Shown piece after piece: positions 57,040 through 64,000 of a stretch of 64,000 nt of DNA. The stretch is taken from the NCBI GenBank assembly GCA_963934255.1, contig CAWVXU010000002.1:1-64000 (forward strand), given 5' to 3'. This DNA comes from an uncultured Fibrobacterales bacterium (GTDB lineage: Bacteria; Fibrobacterota; Fibrobacteria; Fibrobacterales; CAWVXU01). Position 1 is the first letter of the stretch, and every line of letters starts with the position of its first letter. Made by a program: the position numbers and the translations under genes. Below the pieces are notes generated by a model. It had not been told where the DNA came from, did no database searches, and worked only from the letters and a program-made list of their open reading frames with translations.

Positions 57040-58619
57040 GGAGTGTCCTCAAGTTTCGGTGGGTCGACATTTTTAATTACTGGTTTTTTTTCTAAATCAA
57101 CTACAGTAGGTTTCTTAGGATCTATGATTGACTCGTTATTCCCGTTGTTATTATCATTAGTTTTTTTATCCAAATCACTAGACTCTATGGTAGATAAAGG
57201 CTTTTCAACTGCACCCATCGCATCTGCTTCATTTTTTTCTAACACCTTCGCCTTAGCAACAATGCGTTCGACTATTTGAGCTGCAATTACACGAATAATC
57301 GGATCTTTGTCTTTAGTCTTGACTTGGATTGCCTCAATTGAAGCGTAGTCACCTATTTTACCTAGAGCAATGAGAGCTTCGCGACGGATCACAACCTTAT
57401 CATGATTAAGTTGTCCCATAAGCGCTGAACTAAATCTTTTGAGTTTTGAATTACCCATGATACGGATAACAGTTTCTCTGTACAAATCATCAGTAGCAGG
57501 ATGTTCAGCCAGACGATTGAGTGCATTGTATGCCGGCTCGCCTATAGCTAGGAGTGAATCTTGAAAGCCACGTAGTGCGTCGATATTATCCGGTTCTGTT
57601 CTATAGGTTTTCACAATTTGATCTAATATGAGAGCAGACGCAGTTTCTTCTTCTTGATCAAAAGTTACCCTTGGGCCGGTAATTTCAGAAAGTAAAAATT
57701 CACTTCGAGACAGTCTTGTTTTTAAGTGAGAGATGCTATCTATTAAATGTTTTTGGCCTTTTTCCAAATCCTCTAGTCTCAGTTGAACTGTACCTCTACC
57801 AGCTTCAGTCATAATTCCAGTGATTTGTATTTGAAGATAAATACCTGGAGAAAATTGAGCATCAAATCGCTCTCGTTCAGGTAAATTATAAAAGCCTAGT
57901 TGCTCATCTTGATAAAGCCATTCTTGAACTTCTAGTAACCCCGCTGTAATAGAAAAACGATCTTTTTTATGATAACTAAGACCAATATTGTGATGAGCGA
58001 AATCTTCGCGTTGAAACCCTTCATAATCTAATTTTAGATAATCTGTCAAAGACAAATCCACGCCCCAAAATGGAGACGCCCCACCTTTAGCAACTGAACT
58101 CAATATATTGATTCCGGCTTGCAGGTCAGTTCCAGAATCTAAACGACGGTAAAATTGTAAGTAAATTTCGTTTTCCCATTTGTCGCGGTCTTCAGTTGGG
58201 ACTTGATAAATATGTGCTTCTTGAGAATTAAACATTTGCCTAAAGCCAAGAGCTAAAGAGGGAACCCAAGATTCTGACTCAAGGATAATTGTCCTCCCCA
58301 TAAGAGAAACACCTTCACCATATTGAATCCCAAAGCTACCTCGATCAAGAACTCCAAATTCAAGTGACGTAACATTGGGCCATTCTCGCTCTCGACTCAG
58401 GTCCACCATGTGATGATTTGTCGCTAATAAATTTTTGAGTTCGAATTGACCATGTTTTAGAAGTCTTGGCTCTGGATTAACTGGGGCTGAATAAAGGGGT
58501 ATAACTAATGTACCTGTTAGGAACAAAAATAGAAATAGAGGGAATGCAACAATATCAAATGAAACTCTCAATTGATATGCTTTAGTATCGCGGACGCGGA
58601 GCCTCTTGTACAATTTCAT
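57036..58619 (-). CDS. Exported protein: YjbH-like beta-strand region + coiled coil + HEAT repeats (start uncertain)
   Basis: SLEFGVLDR, PSLALG, PFWGVD, NIGLSY strands; VIRREALIALGKIGD and DKDPIIRVIAA HEAT motifs. Confidence 0.55.
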   Translation of the reverse strand: MKLYKRLRVRDTKAYQLRVSFDIVAFPLFLFLFLTGTLVIPLYSAPVNPEPRLLKHGQFELKNLLATNHHMVDLSREREWPNVTSLEFGVLDRGSFGIQYGEGVSLMGRTIILESESWVPSLALGFRQMFNSQEAHIYQVPTEDRDKWENEIYLQFYRRLDSGTDLQAGINILSSVAKGGASPFWGVDLSLTDYLKLDYEGFQREDFAHHNIGLSYHKKDRFSITAGLLEVQEWLYQDEQLGFYNLPERERFDAQFSPGIYLQIQITGIMTEAGRGTVQLRLEDLEKGQKHLIDSISHLKTRLSRSEFLLSEITGPRVTFDQEEETASALILDQIVKTYRTEPDNIDALRGFQDSLLAIGEPAYNALNRLAEHPATDDLYRETVIRIMGNSKLKRFSSALMGQLNHDKVVIRREALIALGKIGDYASIEAIQVKTKDKDPIIRVIAAQIVERIVAKAKVLEKNEADAMGAVEKPLSTIESSDLDKKTNDNNNGNNESIIDPKKPTVVDLEKKPVIKNVDPPKLEDTP

Positions 58620-59301
58620 ATAAGCCTTCTTGCTCTTCTTTACTCAAAATTCGGTATTCGCCTTCAGGCAGATCGTCTAGCTTTATTGGCCCATATCGCA
58701 GTCTCAACAAATCTTGGACTCGGTAACCTAAAGCTTTCATCATCTCACGGACCTCGCGTTTTTTGCCTTCGTATAATATTATATCGGCTGTTTTCCCTTC
58801 AGACTTGATTAATTCAGGGCGAGACACGTGGCCACCCTCAATTTCAACACCATTTTCCATTTTTCTGATGGATCTAGGTCCAAGCTCTCGGTTCAAAGTA
58901 ACGTGATACTCACGCTCTAACTGAAAGTCAGGATGGGTTAATCGTCGAGAAAGCTCACCATCTTCTGTCATAATAAGCAGTCCACGAGATAAGAAGTCAA
59001 GCCGACCTACATAACGAAAATGTTTTAATCCTGGAGGTAAAAGCTCATAGATCAACTTACGACCTTGTGGGTCATCTTGTGATACAATATATTCAACTGG
59101 TTTATGAATAATTAAGGTTTTGTATTGCTCTGGAGGCTCAACAGGTTCTCCATCTAGTGCTACCACCTGGTTTTCATAGATATAAGTCCCGAGTTCAGTC
59201 ACGACTTCACCATTGATCGTCACACGACCCTCATTGATAAGCGTTTCAGCTTTTCTGCGACTTGCCACACCACAATGAGCTAAGTATTTATTGATTCTCA
59301 A
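58582..59301 (-). CDS. RluB/RsuA-family rRNA pseudouridine synthase
   Basis: S4 domain MRINKYLA..GVASRR; VGRLD, RLTHP, EGKKREVR. Confidence 0.92.
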   Translation of the reverse strand: MRINKYLAHCGVASRRKAETLINEGRVTINGEVVTELGTYIYENQVVALDGEPVEPPEQYKTLIIHKPVEYIVSQDDPQGRKLIYELLPPGLKHFRYVGRLDFLSRGLLIMTEDGELSRRLTHPDFQLEREYHVTLNRELGPRSIRKMENGVEIEGGHVSRPELIKSEGKTADIILYEGKKREVREMMKALGYRVQDLLRLRYGPIKLDDLPEGEYRILSKEEQEGLYEIVQEAPRPRY

Positions 59302-60292
59302 GAGGACTCTCCAGTAAATTTTGTTGTGATAATAATTGAACTAAGATTCCATATCTGAGTCCCAAGTTAGTTACCCGACAAACATCAGGATTTAATTTTT
59401 CTATATAATTTTCTAAAATCCGAAGACCAGGGATAATCAGATCACCACGACCTTTGTCAAGACCTGGTATCTTATTGCGAACTTCTGCACTAAGATCACC
59501 TAGTCGCATAAAAGTCCGTTTGACCAAGCCATAATCTACAGGATAAGACTCAACTGCTTTGCCATCAAAATAATCTAGTTTTAAACTCACAGCGGCAAGT
59601 GCAGTTGCTGTTCCACCACACAAATAAATAGGCAAACCTTTATAGTTCTCCCATTCAACCTCTTCAGTTTGTCCAATCAGCCAATCCCGGATACTGTCAC
59701 CCGGTACAGCGCCATAGGCTTTGTTGATACGAAGCGCGCCAAGTGGCATTGAGACTCTATGCTCTTTGGTAGATAATTCGGTTGAACCTGCGCCAATATC
59801 TAAGGATACAAATTCTTTTTTGTCATAATAATGAGCTACACCCACCCAAGAACCTAAAGCTTCTTCAGGCCCTGTCAAAATAGTCGGAGCAATATTATGT
59901 AACTCGAATATCGTTTCAAACTCGTGCAGAATATCTTCTTGATTGGTCGCTTGGCGCATCGCTTCGGTTAATGTTAAAGCCATTAATTTGGCGCCAGTAT
60001 TATGTATCACTTGTCTAAATTCAAGCATTGCTTTTATTAGTCGCGATTGGGCTTGGGGTCCTACCGTAATTTCTTCAGATTCCGCTTTGAGGTCTTCACC
60101 CAGACGAACCGAGGCAAGTTTTTCCAGACAAGGCTCTAGTCTTTGACGAGTCACTGCCGGGAGTGTCTTAGTTTTACCTGAAATGTCGGGTTCACTCTGC
60201 ATTTCTGGAGACACAATATGCTTCTCTATTTTTGCTATTAGCAAAAGAGCTGAATTAGTTCCTACATCAATCGAGGCATATATTTCAGACAT
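59288..60292 (-). CDS. Ppx/GppA family phosphatase (short form)
   Basis: IDVGTNS, RLGE, TEAMRQATN, DIGAGSTE, GGTAT, GLRYG. Confidence 0.85.
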   Translation of the reverse strand: MSEIYASIDVGTNSALLLIAKIEKHIVSPEMQSEPDISGKTKTLPAVTRQRLEPCLEKLASVRLGEDLKAESEEITVGPQAQSRLIKAMLEFRQVIHNTGAKLMALTLTEAMRQATNQEDILHEFETIFELHNIAPTILTGPEEALGSWVGVAHYYDKKEFVSLDIGAGSTELSTKEHRVSMPLGALRINKAYGAVPGDSIRDWLIGQTEEVEWENYKGLPIYLCGGTATALAAVSLKLDYFDGKAVESYPVDYGLVKRTFMRLGDLSAEVRNKIPGLDKGRGDLIIPGLRILENYIEKLNPDVCRVTNLGLRYGILVQLLSQQNLLESPLENQ

Positions 60293-60599
60293 CTTCATCA
60301 AAGATTTTAGAGCCAATTGTTTCTACTAATGTCTCAGGATTTAACAAAAAAGCACGAGCGCCTGAAACGGCTTGTTCAACCATTGCATCCGAGTATATTT
60401 CAGACCACTCGGCAATGACAGGGCCACTTTTAGTTCCAAGTGGTTCACCTTCGCGCATCTCTTGAGCCATCAACAATGCAAGCTTAATGCCCATCCCATG
60501 GGATGTCACATTTTTAGCATTGCCGAGTAGGAAGTCTACTCGTTTTAAATTGTCTTCTAGATTCACAGCCTCAAGACGTGGTCGAAATTCCTCACTCAT
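60285..60599 (-). CDS. Hypothetical protein (104 aa)
   Basis: AAGGAG RBS; overlaps both neighbours within the operon. Confidence 0.7.
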   Translation of the reverse strand: MSEEFRPRLEAVNLEDNLKRVDFLLGNAKNVTSHGMGIKLALLMAQEMREGEPLGTKSGPVIAEWSEIYSDAMVEQAVSGARAFLLNPETLVETIGSKIFDEDV

Positions 60600-63309
60600 C
60601 TATAAACTCCTTAACTACAGTATCTACAGTCGGTACAACTTTTCTTTTGCGCTTGCGTTTAATGCGAGCACGACCATCTTCTGTTTCGAAGTAGAGGGCT
60701 TTTTTGGTTATTTTCGTTTGGCGAGCTTCATCAATAGTACAACCTGTAAATGATGCCACAGCGACAAAAGGACTTACAGAAGCACCTGATGAATTCACTT
60801 TTAGTTTAAAGAATAAACTTCCATCAACATTAATTGACATTTCAATGACTTCATCTTGGATATCATTTTTCTTACCACGATGATTGAACACAGCAGGAAG
60901 TTCACCTTTTTCAAACAATGCAATCGTCTTTGGAAATAATTCAGCTTGAGGTCCCCAAATCGTGGTGTTCACTTTGGAAGGATCCAGGCTCATCTCAAGT
61001 GAATATGAAACTTCTTCAGGAATTCTCAATTTTTTATTTTCAACACGAGTGATATCTAGTACTTCAAGACCACGAGGAAAAACCGCATTCAGACTTGAAA
61101 GTATTGTTCCATCTACCGGGAGTTCATCCAAAAGAGTCACTTGAACTTCTTCACATTCGGTTCCGAGTCCTAGGGGTAATGCTCCAAGATTTTGAACTAA
61201 TGGACGCGGGCTAAAGCCTTTGGAAAACTTCAGTGTGATATTCATACGAGTAAATGCGCGTGAGAAAAAGTCCATTGTGTTTTGATGTGGTAGATATTTA
61301 GCGAGTTCTGATTTAGAATACTTAATCACATAATGGTAATTATCACGAAGCTTGTGTTTACGCTCATGGAAAAGAGCACGCACTTCTTCTGGTTTTCTAC
61401 TAGGAGCTTCCACTTTTGGGGTGTCAGCTAATTGGGTGTCAAGACCATTTCCCGGGATGCCGCATTTTTGACAATCAGAATCACCCCATTTACAGTCAGG
61501 TACCGGCGCACTATCGACGAGAAACATTTTTTTGTACTCACTTTTAAGATACCCTTTGGAGGTTCCTGCGTGAATAAAGTCCCAAGGGAAAGTTTCTTCA
61601 TGAGAGCGCTCAACAAAAATTCGGTCTTGGTTGACATTGTATTTTTCCCAAATTTCATTCCACTTCGCATAGTTGAAGTTTTCACGAAATGATTCAAATA
61701 CGATGCCGCTTTGGTATGCTTCATAGATCATCGGCGCTAAGCTTCTATCACCACGAGAATAGAATGACTCAAGATGAGCTTCATCCCACTCTGTCCAAGA
61801 AATTCGAACATTCTTATTTTTGCGAAATCTTTCACGAACAAAGTTGATATGAGTCATCACCTTTTCTTTGCCCATAAAGCCAACCCACTGCATCGGAGTG
61901 AATGGCTTAGGAACCATAATCCCGATGGATGCGTGAACTTTGTTTTGCCTATTGTGCTTTTGGCCGATCGTGATTAGTCCTTGAATCAAACCACAGAAGG
62001 CTTCCATGTCTTCAAGATTTTCAGTCGGCAGACCAACCATCGTATATAATTTGATATTGTTGAAGCCAGAAGAATAAACATTTTCAGCTGCTTGGTACAT
62101 ATCGTCATCAGAAATGGTTTTGTTGATCAGTATGCGAAGTCTTTCACTTCCGGTCTCTGGAGCAAATGTCGCTGAGCGCCCGCCTTTAATGGCAGCTACT
62201 TTTTGAGCAAGAGTTTGTCCAAAGCTATTAGCACGAAGTGACGGAAGAGAAACGTCAATATTATTAAATTCTTCTTTATCAATTAAAATGTCAGTCACTT
62301 TCTCGACTTGAGAATAATCTGCAGTCGAGAGACTTAAAAGTCCTAGCTCTTTTTCACCTGTGGCTTTGAGTCCTTTTTGAGCAATCTCAATGACATCATC
62401 AGGCTGAAGCTCACGATTGGGTCGGTACCAATATCCGGCTTGACAAAATCTACAACCCTGGGTACATCCGCGCATCACTTCCACAGAGAAACGATTATGA
62501 ACTAATTTTCCATTTGGAATTAAGTTTTGGACAGGGTAATCGTCTTTGTTTAAAACTTCTACCCAAGTGCGCTGCACACCTTTTGTACGAAGATAAGAGC
62601 CTTTGGCTACTGCATCTTCATCAGGGATCCACTCGCCATGTTCGTTGAGTTTAATCGCCATGAGACTAGGTACATAAATACCTTTGAGTTCAGCGAGCTC
62701 AGTCAGTATAGTTATTCTGTCTTTATTTGCACGACGGCCCGCACCAACTATACGAGTAATTGCCGGAGCGAGTACTTCACCATCACCGATGACAAAGAAG
62801 TCATAGAAATCAGCCACAGGCTCAGGGTTAGCCATGACGGGTCCACCACCGACGATAAATGGGTCATCGATACCACGCTCAGCACTCCACGATGGGATAC
62901 CAGAAAGTTCTAGTACATAAGGTACATTGGTGTAGTTGAGCTCAGTTTGAAGTGAGATACCGACTAGATCAAATTCATTGAGTGGTGTGTATGACTCATG
63001 TGAATAAAGTGGGATGCCTGCTTGACGCATCTCATCTGCCATATCCATCCATGGTGCAAACGATGTTTCACACAGGAGGTCTTCTTCACGATTGACTACA
63101 TGGTAAAGTACACGACTACCATTATTAGACATGCCGACTTCATAGGTGTCAGGGAATAGCAAAACCATACGCCCGACACAATCATCAAAATCTTTATCTA
63201 TCCCATTACCTTCACCACCGAGGTAGCGGGCAGGGTTTTCAACTCGAGACAATACGCCTTCAAGTTTAACGACGAGGCTTTGCGCCTCTGCTGAGAGAAT
63301 CTTTTTCAT
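60592..63309 (-). CDS. TIGR03960-type radical SAM protein fused to TIGR03936/DUF2344 radical-SAM-linked domain
   Basis: PARYLGGE, FPDTYEVGMSN, RGCTQGCRFC, TFAPE; C-terminal KYSK..KYLPH..FSRAF...FSKGFSPRP..ALPLG. Confidence 0.88.
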   Translation of the reverse strand: MKKILSAEAQSLVVKLEGVLSRVENPARYLGGEGNGIDKDFDDCVGRMVLLFPDTYEVGMSNNGSRVLYHVVNREEDLLCETSFAPWMDMADEMRQAGIPLYSHESYTPLNEFDLVGISLQTELNYTNVPYVLELSGIPSWSAERGIDDPFIVGGGPVMANPEPVADFYDFFVIGDGEVLAPAITRIVGAGRRANKDRITILTELAELKGIYVPSLMAIKLNEHGEWIPDEDAVAKGSYLRTKGVQRTWVEVLNKDDYPVQNLIPNGKLVHNRFSVEVMRGCTQGCRFCQAGYWYRPNRELQPDDVIEIAQKGLKATGEKELGLLSLSTADYSQVEKVTDILIDKEEFNNIDVSLPSLRANSFGQTLAQKVAAIKGGRSATFAPETGSERLRILINKTISDDDMYQAAENVYSSGFNNIKLYTMVGLPTENLEDMEAFCGLIQGLITIGQKHNRQNKVHASIGIMVPKPFTPMQWVGFMGKEKVMTHINFVRERFRKNKNVRISWTEWDEAHLESFYSRGDRSLAPMIYEAYQSGIVFESFRENFNYAKWNEIWEKYNVNQDRIFVERSHEETFPWDFIHAGTSKGYLKSEYKKMFLVDSAPVPDCKWGDSDCQKCGIPGNGLDTQLADTPKVEAPSRKPEEVRALFHERKHKLRDNYHYVIKYSKSELAKYLPHQNTMDFFSRAFTRMNITLKFSKGFSPRPLVQNLGALPLGLGTECEEVQVTLLDELPVDGTILSSLNAVFPRGLEVLDITRVENKKLRIPEEVSYSLEMSLDPSKVNTTIWGPQAELFPKTIALFEKGELPAVFNHRGKKNDIQDEVIEMSINVDGSLFFKLKVNSSGASVSPFVAVASFTGCTIDEARQTKITKKALYFETEDGRARIKRKRKRKVVPTVDTVVKEFIDE

Positions 63310-63480
63310 ATGTTAAAGGTAGCAAAATGGAGATTTGAGCGATTTTTATAATGCGGATAAAAGGATTTGTTTACACTTGATTTTACCAATATTTCGAGGA
63401 AAATGAGCTTTTTGGGGTGAATGCAGTCTATTTTCGGTAAAATATGGGATTAGCAAATCATTTTTAGTGTTGAGTTGAGC

Positions 63481-64000
63481 CTACTTTTGGTCGCTACAAC
63501 ATCGGAAGCCTACCATCGGATACTCATTTTGAGGGAAAAAACTGTACTTCGTAGTGCCGCAAGATGTCTGGCTCACACTCTTCCAAGACCCGCCCGAGAC
63601 GACAAAATACTTGCTCCTCTTAGGTGATGGAGTCGATGTCCACTCCCATACGTTTCCACCCATATCATAAGCTCCGTACCAAGATCGACAATTTTTCTTA
63701 CGGCCCGAGCGACCTGGTACAGATGAGTTTGATGTACAGTATGCAGCTTCAAACGACTGACCATAGGAGTATTTGGTTTTGTCAGGTCCTTGGCATGACC
63801 ATTTCCATTCAGCGGCACTACAAAGTCTTTTACCTACACTTTTACAGGCGGTAGCTGCATCCATTTGGGAAGTAAATGCTTTTGGTTTTTCGCCAGCTTT
63901 ATTGGGCCACTCATATTCATCTATACAAAAGCCTTGACTTGGGCCATCTTGAGTGACCCCACCCACGGGGACTGCGTTTTGCCCACAAGTTGAATTTCGC
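63481..64000 (-). CDS. FGE-sulfatase (SUMF1-like) domain protein, 5' end outside window
   Basis: FCIDEYEWP, GKRLCSAAEW, YDMGGNVWEW, VGFRCC. Confidence 0.8.
   Translation of the reverse strand, partial: RNSTCGQNAVPVGGVTQDGPSQGFCIDEYEWPNKAGEKPKAFTSQMDAATACKSVGKRLCSAAEWKWSCQGPDKTKYSYGQSFEAAYCTSNSSVPGRSGRKKNCRSWYGAYDMGGNVWEWTSTPSPKRSKYFVVSGGSWKSVSQTSCGTTKYSFFPQNEYPMVGFRCCSDQK

Noticed and set aside
1..64000. CRISPR array, rRNA, integrase or transposase
   Set aside because: No regularly spaced 25-45 bp repeats, rRNA-like tracts or recombinase motifs seen by eye.

Overview
An AT-rich bacterial chromosome segment, probably Fibrobacterota. That assignment is inferred from a TIGR02147-like protein and a large secreted protein with Fibrobacter-style repeats and C-terminal domain. 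Most of the window is housekeeping: serS, tsaE, miaB, tRNA-Leu(CAA), panD, rsfS, argS, mqnC, carB, rlpA, gltX, queA, an RluB-like synthase and a Ppx/GppA phosphatase. I saw no CRISPR array, rRNA, integrase or transposase. The best candidate for an undescribed system is a tightly coupled four-gene operon (6171-11214, minus strand). It encodes a MotA/ExbB-like subunit with a long C-terminal tail, a single-TM partner with the MotB/ExbD-type Asp but an unrecognised periplasmic domain, a multi-Ig/cadherin protein with a beta-barrel-like end, and a second exported beta-rich protein; no TonB or flagellar genes are adjacent. Other notable items are a signal-less Zn-ribbon/SH3-like/3xBON protein paired with a WYL regulator, a ~1310-aa secreted protein with lysozyme/transglycosylase-like motifs, and a Vibrio TonB2-like operon with a lipobox-bearing receptor and two C8 tracts. 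There is also a RelA/SpoT-TPR fusion with a 9-bp tandem repeat, and several intergenic gene remnants (secretin/PilB, WD40, HDOD). All family assignments come from reading motifs by eye, not from database searches.
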